64,000 bases of DNA, taken from NCBI RefSeq assembly GCF_009914755.1, contig NC_060927.1. One strand, 5' to 3'. Below, one piece after another: positions 43,700 through 57,599 of this stretch; the stretch's first letter is position 1, and each line of letters opens with the position of its first letter. A model generated the notes under the pieces. It saw only the letters and a list, made by a program, of their open reading frames with translations, did not search any database and was not told where the DNA came from. The translations under genes were made by a program, and so were the position numbers. The DNA comes from the human T2T-CHM13v2.0 reference genome, Homo sapiens.

Positions 43700-44230
43700 A
43701 CAGGCCATGCAGGATAAATGTCAATCATGCAGCCTCTTGTGAAAGGCCCCAGCCTCCCTTCAGAAGGGTTACCACAGCTCCTTCAGCTTTCACTTGGCCA
43801 CAGCTGCACAAAGGAAAAGGTAGCTATGGATGAGGTATTGAGGTGGCGCACATCTCTATTCTCCTTGTTTGTAACAGAATTCAGATTTTTGGCTAGACAT
43901 GTGAGTGTCTTGAATTAAGACAGCATTGTTCAACTAAGGGTGGTTGGGAAGTATGGGCGGGATAGTCTTCTTGAACTATACAGGTATTAGGGGCCTGTCC
44001 TTTCTTCCCCACTTCCTCCTTCCTGTGGCTGAAATATGGATGCAATGGCTGGAGCCCCAGCATACATTTTGGACCAATGTGGCCCCAGAAATGGAAGCCA
44101 TATGCTGTGGAAAAACAAGAAAGAGGGAGTCTAAATCCCAGATCCTTGGAGCCTCTGGACCAGCCCTGGACTTCAACCTCTAGATTTTTATGTGTGAGAA
44201 AAATAAACATTTGTTTTGTTTAGTACACTA
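43700..44230. mobile_element. old MaLR LTR (MLT1-like)
   Basis: end 'ccagccctggacttcaacctctagatttttatgtgtgagaaaaataaacatttg'. Confidence 0.55.
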
Positions 44231-47200
44231 TTATTATTTTTCCCCCTCATCTATCACTCATTGGTAGCCTAATTTTAACAGATGTAGCTGTGATTTCGGT
44301 GAGATTGCTGTGGGACAGGGGCACTCCATACTGGCTGGAAGCTGGAAACTCTGGTGAGTGTCTCCCCCGAAGATGGACACTGGGAGACTTCCAGATGGGT
44401 GGATGGCACAGGGAGCAGAAGCAGGTGGCAGGAGGGACCAGATCAGGAGCACATAGGATGGCCAGGACTCTACGGCGCTTCCACAGCTACTGTTATATCT
44501 CAGGCCACCACAACAGGGTTCCAGTTAATAGGAGACTTGCTGGGATGGTTTTCTACCTTAGGTGAAACCAATTTGGGTTCAAACCCTGATTCCTTTACTT
44601 ACTATGTAAAAGTAGGCAATTTTGATATTCAGGTCTCAATTTCTTCATCTATAAAAGGTGGCTAATATAAATAAAGCATGATTTGCATTTGGCGTTGTAA
44701 TTGACACATGTAAATGCTTACTAATTGGTAGCTATTCATATGGTTTTTATGGATTCCTTTTTTCTTGCAAGTCCTTATCATAATAGCTTGATTTAGGTCA
44801 AACCAATTTGGTTTCAAATCCTGATTCCTCCACTTACAATGTCAAATTAGGTATTTTATTTCAAATCCTCAGCCCACCCCATATCAGGGACACCTGACTA
44901 CATCAGGGTAGGCAACACAAAAGAATGTATTACAGTGTCTTTTTTTTCTCCAAATACTCTCCCACTAATTTTATGTCTCCTTTAGGACAGGTAAATGCTT
45001 TTTACTCTTCAGTTAAAGTTAATCCAAATATCCTAGGAGTGGCAACATAATGGCTTGAGTTTCTATTCATTAATTCACTCATTCATTTATTCTCTAGACT
45101 TATATGGGGGATAGTTGTGGAGATTTAAACATTAAAGATAATACTCATGATTTTTGCTCTCATGGAGTATAATTTGGCAGAGGACATAAAATCAATTACT
45201 AACCAATTACAGTGCATGTAATCAAGGGATAGTAGAGGGGCTGTTACTGAGAGGGTGGGCAGCATTATGGAAGGTTCCTTAGAAGTAGCCAGAAGGAGCT
45301 ATAGGAAAAGTTAGCTGAGCAGTGGGAGGCTGGACTGTGGGGGGAGAGTACTGCAGGCAGGAGGAGCTACGGTGCAAGTGACAGCCCCCATTCCTTTCCC
45401 AAAGGTCAGGCTGGGTTTGGGGTAGAGGCAGAGATTTGGGGGTAGGAATGAGGGGAGAGGTGAGCAGAAAAGACAACATCACATTTCTTCTACTTTAGAA
45501 TTTCACATAGGACTGGCCCATCAGCTTAATCATCATCAAATAATCAAATAATATAATTTTCTTGAAATTTCACTTTCTACCATCCTCAGAGTGGTAGCTG
45601 AGAATATTCCTTTGTAAAATTTTGTCAGCCTATTTTTGTATTCTGAGCTTAAAACCAGAGCTCTCCCCTGGCAAAACCGTATTATTTCTTTATTGTTAGA
45701 TCCTAACAAAAAGGCTGCAGTGCTGTTTTCTCTTTATCTTTTATTCGAAAATTGTGGAGAAAATGCTATTCCTTTTACCATAAGAGCCTTCTTTGTCTGA
45801 GGAGATGGTGAATTTCAGACAGAAGTGAAACATTATTTCCTGAGCACCTGAAAGGAAAATTCAAGCTCGGTTTCCTTTTCAAGTTGTTAAATATTTCAAA
45901 GGTACTGCTTTGTTAAGGAGACAGCATTACAGCAAGGCTGTATTTCAAATTCCTAAAGTAAAAGTTACTTGGGGTGTCATAAGACTCAAAGCCTTTTGCC
46001 ATAGCTAATATTTCAAGCACACAGCCCCCAAAACAAAGTGTGCTGTCTGGTAGTAGAGAGGACAGTCTGAGATCTTGCTCTGGATTCTAGGGTTGATCAC
46101 GAGGTCAATGTTGTCGTTTCAGGGACAGAGGATAGAAACCCAGCCTGAGTCTCATAACCTTTCAGTGACTGCTAAGAGATATGAAGGGAGACAACTCAGT
46201 GTGAACTTGGGATATTTTTGCTTCTCTCTGTCCATGGCTCTAAAAAAGACATGGGATCAAGGATAACTATTTATGACTTATGGACCAAAAGATACGCATG
46301 AAGAGTTTCTCTTTGTGGCATGGCTGCTAAGGCTATAAAAGAAGTGTGTAAGTGATATGAGTGATGTGAGAATAAGACTCAACCTACACTCTTCCAGTAT
46401 GACCCTTTGAATCCAGCAAGAGGGGCTCCTGCTTTGTGCCCCACGTTTAGAGGGTTCTGCTCTGTCTCTCTTCTGGAGAGGTTCCTTCCCACAGCATGAG
46501 GAATCCTTGAAGTCAATAGAACATACCCATCTGGCATGCCTGACTCACATTTTAGTCCATACTCCTGGGACCCCAGAATTGACTTCGTAAATAGCCCTGA
46601 GCCCATTTTCAAGACCTATGTGGTCATTTCTCCTGGGTCATTCCTCCCATGGTCAGAGGGTGGCTGAGGAATAGCTGTTTCAAGAGGCATGGTCAGAGCT
46701 TGGATACATGGTGCAATGTCCACACACCTATGCTTGAGGCTCTTTACTGTGTGCAGTGGAGCCAGGCAGGGGAAGAGAAGTGGGTTTTCATTCATACTCT
46801 TGCCCAAGACTTCACAAACGGTAGGATCAGTCCTACATGTCTCTCTCCTCTTTTTCCCAGTTATCCATGTACACCAAGAGCCCAAATTCACACGGTGCCA
46901 GTTGGACAGATTCCTTATGTGTCTGTCTATCTGACCAACACTGCTCCTGCTCCCAAGAAAGGTTAGAATAAGCCAGGACTGTGGAAATCCTGCCAAACCT
47001 TGCTGGAGCTATAATTTGGAGTATAACCAGGCACAAGGCCCAGGTTTTGCTGCCCAGTGTCTTACTCAATGACCTACAGCCATTTTTCCTTTCATCTGTC
47101 TGATTTCCCCACCATCTGGCTGGTACTGTAGGTTTTTTTTTTCTTCCTTTTAATGACTTTGATTACTGAGTTAATTTCTGACTGAATAGGATAGCTGAGT

Positions 47201-48234
47201 TATAGGGCTGTCACACCATGAATGATCAGTCAATTAACAAACGTTTGTAATGTGCTAGACACTGCACATTCATGACTCTCCTCTGACAGCTGTCTGAGAC
47301 TGCAGAATTGAGCACTGGTCTCCTCCAGTCCTTACTATATGGGGAACGTAGGACATGGCCAATGAGGGTTGCTTCTTCATCCCTGAATGACCCTGAGGGC
47401 ACCTGTGCTTTTATGAGTGGGAACTCCCTGCCAGGATCTGTGGGAGTCCAGAGGTCCTATGGGTTTGGCTCCTCGAAGGGGAAGAAATCTCTGAAATGTT
47501 ATGAAATGTTATCCTATGATCAGTAAGATCATATTTTTGGAAATAATAAACTGGAATTTCAATTCCATTTAAAGTAATGATCAGCATTTTCAGAAAGCTT
47601 TCAACACATCATCTTCAATTGTCTTATAGGTGACAGATATTAGGGGCATTTCATTGCCAATATAGAATGATAAATTGATAATTTCCTTTTCAAGGAATAT
47701 TGAGAGATGATAAATAGGTGTGGGAAAGCCACAACTTTACAAGTGTAGGTGTTAATTTTCTCTAAAATTATGTAAATGTCACTAGAAAGTTAGTAATTGA
47801 AAGTAAGGTCACCAGCAATGATTTCTTCCCCAAATAGAAGTTGTTCTGACTCTACACTGCTCCAGAGACCGATGGCTACCATCTAAAAAGGGACAGAGGG
47901 ACAAGTGAAGTGAGTTAATACCAAAGGGTAGATTTTGAGATTGTGATGGCAAGCAATTTGGTCATGTGTTTCCAAAGGATAGATGTAGATGAAGGAATAA
48001 CACCATTGGGTCTAGCCTTTTCACTTTATCTTCTGTAATGGAAAGTTGAAGAGCCCATATCTAACCTAAGTTTTACAAATGTTATATTATTGAGAAGGAT
48101 GATTAATGCAAAGAAGAAATGGTCTAAAAATACAATGTTTATCTAATTTGAATTTATTTTCGGAAATATGTCTGAAAATATGACATTTTCAGAAGAATAT
48201 CATTTGTTACCAGAAAATATGCAGCTACTTCTGT

Positions 48235-48740
48235 TTTATTCACTTATTCAACAACTATTTATTGAGTGCCTGTTGCGCTGTTGTGGGAACTGGGGGTACA
48301 GCACTAAATGAAACAGGTACAAATCCTTTTCTTCACAGAGCTCTCAGTGATGGAGACAATGGAAAGGGAGAGAGAGGCAATAACTTGATAAGTACATTCA
48401 ATGGTTTATCAGAGTGTGATATATATTAAGGAGAATAAAATAAAGCAGAGAGGGGGGATAGGAAGGCTGGGGAGGGATGGCCAGGGGAGGCCTCATAGGG
48501 AATATAACATTTAAGTGTATCTTGAGAGAAGTGAGGGAGTGAGAAGGTAGATATTTGGAGGAAGATTATTTCAGGCTGAAGGAAGAGTGAATGCAAAGGA
48601 AGTAGGTGGTTTGAGTGAAGAGGGGAGGAAGGTAAGGGATAGAAAGAGGTGAGCTGTCTGTGTGTGTTTCTGAAGTGGATACATCAAGTGGTGCTTTGGA
48701 GGTCAAAGCAAGGACTTGGGTTGTGACTGTAAATGAAACA
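48235..48740. mobile_element. L2 3' fragment
   Basis: 'attcaacaactatttattgagtgcctg..gggaggcctcatagggaatataacatttaag'. Confidence 0.7.
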
Positions 48741-49436
48741 GAAGAGAAGACATACATTCTGAGTAGGATAAGAATCTCTTTGCAACTGTGATAGAAAATG
48801 ATTAAGCATTTCCTTGCACAAGGTCATAGCTGGGCCATGTACAAAATAAATGAAACACAGTCCTCCTACCACACCCTGGACATGAATGACCTGGAATGTG
48901 ATTCCTCACAACACTGCCCCTTTAGCCACTGCCCTGCATATGAGAATGAAATTCTTTGCCCATTGCCAACATCAGCTGTCTAACATTACTTCTCTTTTCC
49001 TTCTGTGGCCTCTTTTCTAAGTTCTATGCTGAGAAACTAGCAGAATACATTCATTACTGGGTTTTCCTGCCACAAATCCTTTATTCTTCCTCAGGCTCTG
49101 CGGCTTTGATGACTGGACATCCCTGTGTCTCTTTCTCGAACTCCTGAAAAACAGCTCCTTCATAAGGATTGGCGTAGAGATAAGATGCAGATTTTTTTTC
49201 ACCACCAATTACAGAATAATGTGCCCCAGACATATTTCAGAGTCCAGGGTATTATTCATACTGAAACTGATATATAATGTAACTGTTCTGTTTTTGAACT
49301 GTTCTTTATTTTATTGTCTTTGTGTATATGAATGTGCTTATGTTCCATGCCATAGCTGTAATTATCATAATTAATTAGGCCCATACTAGGAGCGTCCTCT
49401 TTTTAAAGAAAGGCAGCAATTTTGTTTGCCCTGCTT

Positions 49437-49534
49437 GGCATAACTCATAGCAGACACTATATGTAAGAGAAGGCATAACTCATGACGCTATGTGTAAGAG
49501 AAGCTATATGTAAGAAAGCCTATATATAAGAGAA
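49437..49534. repeat. degenerate modular tandem repeat (ggcataactcat x2, ctatatgtaagagaa-like x4)
   Basis: direct reading. Confidence 0.75.
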
Positions 49535-49889
49535 TAATTATAATCATTGCAAATGGTAACAAATACAATTTGCAATAAGTCCACATTTTGGTGGTTTTTA
49601 TCACCTCCAAAAGGCCTGAACCAATACCTTTCATGTCATTCTCAGAGAGTATTCACAGAACTGCTAGGATGTTCTACCACTGATCCATGTCAAGTCTGCC
49701 AGCTGGCCTACTCCCTTTTACATGCAGATCTAGGTAAGACCCTCTCCCATCAACTGGGAAACACCTAGAATGGAATATATAAAAGGCCCCCACTCAAATA
49801 TCACTGCCGCAACTAAAAACTATGAATCTAATTGCTTCTATACTCAGCTCCCTCTTTTTTGGTTCTCTCTCTTCCTCTACCTCCTTAAG

Positions 49890-49933
49890 TTCTCTCTCTC
49901 TCTTTCTCTTTCTCTCTCTCTGTCTCTCTCTTC
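49890..49933. repeat. (CT)n-rich simple repeat
   Basis: direct reading. Confidence 0.85.
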
Positions 49934-50207
49934 CACTGTATTATAAATCTTGAGGGAAGCTTTTTCACCCCCTTTTCCCTATTCTGCCTTCTCCTGCCCG
50001 CACCTCTATTACAGGAGGCCACCTTTACACAAAGCTCACTGCTGATGGTAATCTTGAAACATTCCCTCTGGGACACTCATAATCTCCCAGTTTTCCTTTT
50101 TCCTCTTTTTCTTTGGATATTGCTACTCAGTGTCGTTTGCTGGCTTCTCCTCCTCCTAAACCAAAAAATTAACTGTCAGTGTTCTTCAGGAATTGGTCCT
50201 ACATCAA

Positions 50208-51294
<1,087 letters not shown>

Positions 51295-51309
51295 CTAGGT
51301 CAGTTTTTA

Positions 51310-52455
51310 TCTATGTGCATTCTCTCCCTAGGTGATCTCATCCAATTTTATTGCTTTACATAATATCTATATCCGAATAATGCCCAAATATACATCTTTC
51401 TTCTAGACCTCTTCACTGAACTCCAGATTCATGTAACTGACTATTTACTTGGCATCTCCACTTGGTGGTCTCATAGCAACTCAGACTCGATGTGCCCCAA
51501 ATGGAACACATGATTTTAGTGCTGAGCTCTTCTCCCCACCCCTTTCTTGCCCTAAACTGCAAGCCTGCTCCTCCCTTGTCTTACCCAGAATGCCACCACT
51601 ATTTATTAGTTGCATAAGCTACCTGAAAAACATTTTGAATGTACTTTCAGAATGTTTTTAGAATCCATTCATCTTTTTCCATCTCCAATGTGATGGTATT
51701 GTCTTTCACCAGACATTTCTTAGAGAGGTAAATCAGCTATCAGATATCTTTTTAAAATCTTTCAAAAGGTTTTCATTGCAATTAGAATCAATTCTAAAAG
51801 ACTTACCATGGTTAATGTTTAGGGTCCAACATTAACTGGTATCAACTGATCTCTCTAACCTCATTTTTTCCTTGTGCCATTTCCCCTCACTACCCAGCAC
51901 CTAGCCACATTGGCCTTCTTTCGGTTCCTACAACAAGCAGACCTCTTTCCCTAGAGTCTTCAGTGTGCTTTCTCTTCTACTTGGGACGTTCTGTGAAGGT
52001 TCTCAGTTCCTTCTTAGCTTTAGAACTCAGCTATTGGAGCAGTCTTCCCTGACCACCATCTCAAAGCCAGATCTCTGCTATCTTTCTCTTTCATAGCAAC
52101 TTGTTTATCACCCTCATTGTAATTATTGCAAACTGTAATCACTTAATTATTTATGTACACTTTTGAAATTAGATGAGATTTTTAAAAGGTGTCTGATAGA
52201 TGATTTACCTCTTTAAGAAATGTCTGGTGAAAGGCAATACTATTGTATATTATAGCAACCTGTTTATCACCCTTATTGTAATTATTGCAATCTGTAATCA
52301 CTTAATTATTGATATACACTTTTGTTTGACTCTCCCACTAGACAACAAGCTCCGTGAAGACAGCATTGTGTGCCTGATTCACTGTGGGATCACCAGTGCC
52401 TATTATAATGGCTGGCACATAATGGGCACTCAGTCAATGTTTGACAAATACGTGA
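51310..52455. mobile_element. L2 fragment containing a local duplication/inversion
   Basis: 'ctctccctaggtgatctcatcc..tgaactccagattc..ccactagacaacaagctccgtgaagacag..ggcacataatgggcactcag'. Confidence 0.75.
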
Positions 52456-52474
52456 AATATATTCACTTATATTG

Positions 52475-52655
52475 CAACCCTTAGCACTGGCTACAAATTA
52501 GAATGACTCCAGAGAGCTTAAGGTAAAATAGCAGTGCCCAAGCCCTACCCCACCAGAGACTATAATTTAATTAGTGTTGTGTGAGACCTGAGATCAGTAG
52601 TTTTAGAAAGTTCTTCAGATGATTCTAATGTACAGTCAAAGAAGCGAATCACTGC
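52475..52655. mobile_element. MER5-like hAT MITE
   Basis: 'gtgcccaagccctacccc..agatgattctaatgtacagtcaaag..aatcactg'. Confidence 0.6.
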
Positions 52656-54099
52656 CCAAAATGAACTATGGGGGATGATGAAGGTATTACTAAAAACCTT
52701 GGGAAAAAGACTTCTCAGCATCAATTTATAAATGACAAGATGAGAAAGAGCAAATTGGCTGACTTGCATGGGTTTCATGCAACAATATTACATGGAGAAT
52801 GCTGAGGAATACGAGCTAAACTGGAGGTTATGAGAGTGGAAGAAATGTCTGGTTCAAGAGGCAACAGAATATGAAGCCATAAGTATGAGCCAGCTGTGTG
52901 ACTGAAGCCTTTGCTGGCCTGGTCCAATGGGTTGCTTTCTTTCCTTTTCTACCTGCAGGGTCTGGCATGCACCACATCGGGAGACATAAGGAGATGCCCA
53001 TAGCAGTACTCTGGGCAGTGTGGAAAGGTCCAGATAGACAATTGGGAGGACTTCTTTTCCCTTCCCTTCCCTTTCCCCTTTCTACATGCCCCAGGATGCC
53101 AAGTCTTGGGTGCCCATCCAGCAGGGAAGTAGACAGTTGAAGAAATGACCATAGAATGACTTCAGCACAAGGAGCGGGGAAGCTTAGGGAACCTGAATGT
53201 GAGTAGGGAGGAGAAAAAGAGAAAAGAGGTCCAAGGAGGAAAGCATTTTTCTTCTCTGCTGACAGTGAGCACTGCCACCTGGGCAGCACACATTGGCAAG
53301 AGAAACAAGGGAAGAGAACCAGTCAGTGGAAGAGAGCTGACTTCTGGGGTCTCTTAATGGAATGTGACTCGTACGTGAAATAAAGGACCCCAATACAGTC
53401 TCTGGCCTCTGAGTGTGTGACGCATTGGCTCACACTTAGAATGTTTGGGATAAGGGCTACAAACCTACCCTTACACAATTGGGTCTTAGAGCCAGGGTCT
53501 GCATGGACATTACAACTGTGAATAAACACCTTCCAAAGTTCCAAGGGCTTCTGGGTACCATATGAGATTTAAGGGGAATGAGGAAGTCTGTGATTCCAAA
53601 GTGACCTGTTTATCCCCAGAGGTCACAAACTGCCAGTCCATCTGACCCTCAAACATGTTTTATTGTTGTAACGGTTTTTTTTTTAGTTATTGAACATTTT
53701 GATATTTCAAAATAAGTATTGGGGGCTTAGAAAAACACTGGGTGATCTAAAAACACTGGCCTTTATCCTCTGCAAGACACAGATCTGGAGCTGGCTCCTT
53801 CCCTTCCTTTCTCCCCTTCTCTTCCTTCCCTGATTCACAAACCTTTATTGAGCCCATGTTTTTACAACAAATTTGAAGGTGGGTGAGACAGAATAGAATG
53901 CAGGCACAGGTCCTGATCATTCCTGCATATATTTGTGTGCTCAGGTTCTCCTTGCATTAGGCCTGGCCGAAGGCAGAGATAGGATCTGGGATTTGGATTA
54001 AATTCTGTATTCTCTGAGTCATCTTGCTTTTCAAATGCTGTTAGTTTGGTCGTCTGTCAGAACTGTCAAATAATTTGTCTTCCAAGTGCGCTGTTCTTC

Positions 54100-54590
54100 A
54101 GAATTTCATTCAGAAGCTGGAGCGCTAGACGGCTGTTGCTGCTAATGAGCTGTTGTGTCTCACCTTCACTCCAGCTTTGCTTTTCTCTGCTTTATGATGC
54201 CAGGTCAAGACTCCCCAAACTAGTTCTGCCTTTTCAGCTGTTTTCTGTCAAACATGAGCACCAGGGGGAGAGAGAAGACGAGAAAAGAAAAGGGAGAAAG
54301 GCCCACACCTTCCACTTCACTTGTAGTTCTCCCTGGTGGCAGCAACTGGGGAGTTTCCAGCCCTTTCCCACACCCAGAAACCCCTCATGGTGTCCCAGTG
54401 CCAAGTCCTCAAGGTCTGAGACACAATGCTCTGGGGCCTCTCCTCAAGATTCTAGGTTCTGGCAATGCCAAACTCTTTTGTTGGTTCCCCCAAGCCCTAG
54501 GGGTGGTAGCTGCTTTCTGACATTACCATCTTGGAGTTACCTCGGAGTCTCTTTTTGTTTGTCAGTCCACCAACACCTGTTGAACCAACT
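54100..54590. mobile_element. old ERVL-type LTR fragment
   Basis: 'ggttctggcaatgccaaactc..cccccaagccctagggtggtagctgctttctg' motif. Confidence 0.5.
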
Positions 54591-54594
54591 ACCT

Positions 54595-54786
54595 GTAGTT
54601 CAAACTTGAGCCAGCCTCAGAATCTCCTGAAGGGAGATTGTTAAAATACAGATGGCCATCCTCCCCCAGACCCCCAAGTTTCTGATTCAGTGGGTCTGGG
54701 GTAGGGCCTGAGAATTTGCTGCTTTATCAGGTTTCCAGATGATGCAGACGCTGCTCATCTGGGAACTCCAGTTTGAGAACCACTGC
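54595..54786. mobile_element. MER5A hAT MITE
   Basis: 'tctgattcagtgggtctggggtagggcctgagaatttgc..tttgagaaccactg'. Confidence 0.85.
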
Positions 54787-55565
54787 TTTACATTCCTTCT
54801 GTTAAAATTCTGTGTAATGGTCATCAGTAAAACAGCACACCACCCGGATCCACCTGTTTGGTTTTGGATGTTTGGTGAGCAGAAGTAATCCCAACTCTCT
54901 CTTCTCATCTGGACTTTCACATGTGATTGAATCACTTTCTCATTCAGTCTGCCCACACCCTGAGCCTGTGCTCTTGGCTCTTCAGCTCTGATTGCAAAGC
55001 CCTTGGCCTTTGTTTATGATATTCCATCCCTCTCCTCACTGGCTCATGTCCTATTGCTTCAAAGCGCCTGTTCTACCAGTTCCATGTCATCTGAATTCTG
55101 ATTGCTGAAACCTGTTCTGTCTAAGTGACCAAGTTAATATCTCCTTTCTAGGCTTGCTGTTTCAAGTCAGCAAATTCATATTGAATTGTCTGCTGTGTAC
55201 AGAGCTTCATGCTGAATGCTTTCGTTAGAGATACAAAGATGTAAAAGGCTTAGACTCTTCTGTTATAGGATAATCATCTGTACAATTTAAAACTGTATTA
55301 TATACTTGTGACAAATCTAAAGAAAATATTAGCAGAATCTCCACTGGAGAGATCTACATTGGATGGGTGAATAATGTGATTAGCAGAATGTGGATGGGGT
55401 GAGACCCTAAGCAGTGTGCACAAGTAACAATGAACAGAGGCTACACTGCAAGTGACCTCCTGTTAACTACAGGCCTTTGTTTTATAGAGAGAGAGATCTA
55501 TACACGTTTGTGGTTGGGGTTGAATTGTATGAGAGAAGGGAGTAGTGTCAAGAGCAAGAAAGTAC

Positions 55566-55604
55566 CTTGAGCCTGGTGCCTGGTAGCTGGCAGCCAAAGG
55601 GCAA
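55566..55604 (-). CDS. CLRN1: CLRN1 alternative 39-nt cassette exon (adds VALWLPATRHQAQ)
   Basis: TTCTTTTTCTCCTGAAG acceptor (AG 55606-55605); AAG|GTACT donor at 55565; phase 1/1, frame preserving; matches a recalled longer isoform. Confidence 0.8.
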
Positions 55605-56211
55605 CTTCAGGAGAAAAAGAAACAGTCGAATAGAGATTTTCATTACATTGTTTGCTTTGTGTGAGTTGTTATCGTTCTGTATCCCTCCATGAAACCATCA
55701 ATAAAATTACTTGCCTCCCAGGAATCTGACAAAGTGTTGGATCTTTTTGCAAAGTTAGAATGGGGTGAAGTCAGAGATCTCCTACAGAACAGCTACATAT
55801 AAATTATACACACATTTTTCATTTTCTCGTCTTTCTCCTTCTCCCACTTGCAGATAGTAAGCACCATTTGGCACAGACTGGGTTTTATATTCTTTTCCAT
55901 CAGCCCTAGCTATTGAGTAGCACATGTTTATTGATGAACTAATTTCTGGCTTTAGAGTTTATCCTTGCCCAGATACACCTAGCATTAGGCTACACAAAGT
56001 GTCTACAGGCTTGAATATGGCTGCTCATATGTGGGCGGAACACTGGCCCTTTACTCTTTTTTGATGCCATTTATTTATTTTTATTATTATGTATAAATAA
56101 TAGCACATTATTGAACACTAAGAAATATTGAAAAGTATGAGCAAAAATAAAAGTCCCCCATAGTGTCATGGGTCAGAGACAACCACGACCAACAGATTGG
56201 AGTCTGTATTG

Positions 56212-56219
56212 TCTGTCTG

Positions 56220-56266
<47 letters not shown>

Positions 56267-56294
56267 CTTTCATATATATATATATATATATATA
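56212..56294. repeat. (TCTG)n(TCTA)n tetranucleotide STR followed by (AT)n
   Basis: direct reading; about 11 TCTA units. Confidence 0.95.
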
Positions 56295-56680
56295 GCCCCC
56301 ATATATACATATATGTATTTTATATGTATATTCCCTATATTTTATATATATAATCAAATTAGGTTCACAATGTTTATATAAGTTTACATACTGCTTTTCC
56401 CATGTAACTTTTTGAGACAAGCGTTTATCCTCTTGATTACATCTTCAAAAATATAATTTAATGTCAGCATCACAGTTATTCATATAGATGTCCATAAAGT
56501 ATTTATTGAATTCCCTACTGTTGAGCAAGTGTGGTATTTCCACACTTTTTGTTATTATGTATAATACTACAGTGTGCATCCATGTATATATGTTAAGATT
56601 ATAACTTTATATTTAGGTAGACGGTCTTTTTGACATATTGAAAAGCACATTTGTCTTCAGAGGTAGAATTTTGTACTTAC

Positions 56681-56860
56681 CTGAAATGAAGCTCAAAAGG
56701 TACAGCCCTAGGGGACCATGCAGAGTTTCAAAAGGTTTTCCAAAAGCATTGTACATGAAGAAGGCTGTCCCCACCATGGTTAACACAATAAGGATGGCAG
56801 AGAAGAGAATGACATTGACGTGGATGCTCACTGGGATTGCTTTGAGCAAATCTGGAAAAA
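56681..56860 (-). CDS. CLRN1: CLRN1 middle coding exon (FPDLLKAIPVSIHVNVILFSAILIVLTMVGTAFFMYNAFGKPFETLHGPLGLYLLSFIS-G)
   Basis: ORF 56613..56915; CAG acceptor at 56862-56861; CAG|GTAAGT donor at 56680; 180 nt, phase 1/1. Confidence 0.98.
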
Positions 56861-57599
56861 CTGAAGATAAGACAAAACTAGGGTTAGAAGAAGTTTCATT
56901 AGCAGTAGTCTGCAAGTATAATTTTAAAAATCAAATCTCTCTTTTTTAATTTCAAACATCACTAAAATCCTTCTGATGAATACATTCTCACTTACTAACT
57001 TATAAGGGGTTTACAAAAAGGTTTAAAGATAGGATCATTTTATAGAGTTTACCAGTAAAAATTAGCAAAGAGGAGATTTGAGGTAATTTATTTTCTGTGC
57101 TTGGTCATATGTAATGATTTAAACAAATAAGTTCTGGCTTTATAACCCAAATCTGTACATTTTAATAACCAAGCCTTTAATGACCTTTCTCGGTAGTCAT
57201 TTAAAAAAATTTATCTTAACTTGCAATGATATTTTAAGTTTGGAGATATCTGGGGATATCTGGGGAGTTCAAATATTAGGAAGTTTTCATATTTACTTTG
57301 TTACAAAAAAATTGTTTCTAGTCTACACCAAGATTAAAGAATGGAGATATTTTCAGTCAACTTCAATATTTTAATGTAGCACAAAGCTGTGGGAAAATAA
57401 TTTCTGGTACTACGGGAAATATTTCAATGTAGAAAACACGCCAAATCTATTTCTAGATTTTGTGTTCAGGGCAAGTTTTTCTTGTTTGCAGAGAAAGCGA
57501 AACCCTACATTTTAGGGCTTCTTTCATCTGGTGAGGCATCAGCATGCTTGGCATCAGCAAATCTGGCAGGACCAATCTGGGGAAGTTTAATTCTGTTCA

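Noticed and set aside
49437-49534. Repeat-spacer appearance resembling a CRISPR array
   Set aside because: Units are degenerate and unevenly spaced, there are no unique spacers or cas genes, and the context is a human intron
54046-54609. 187-aa + strand ORF
   Set aside because: Overlaps an old LTR fragment and has no protein-like motif
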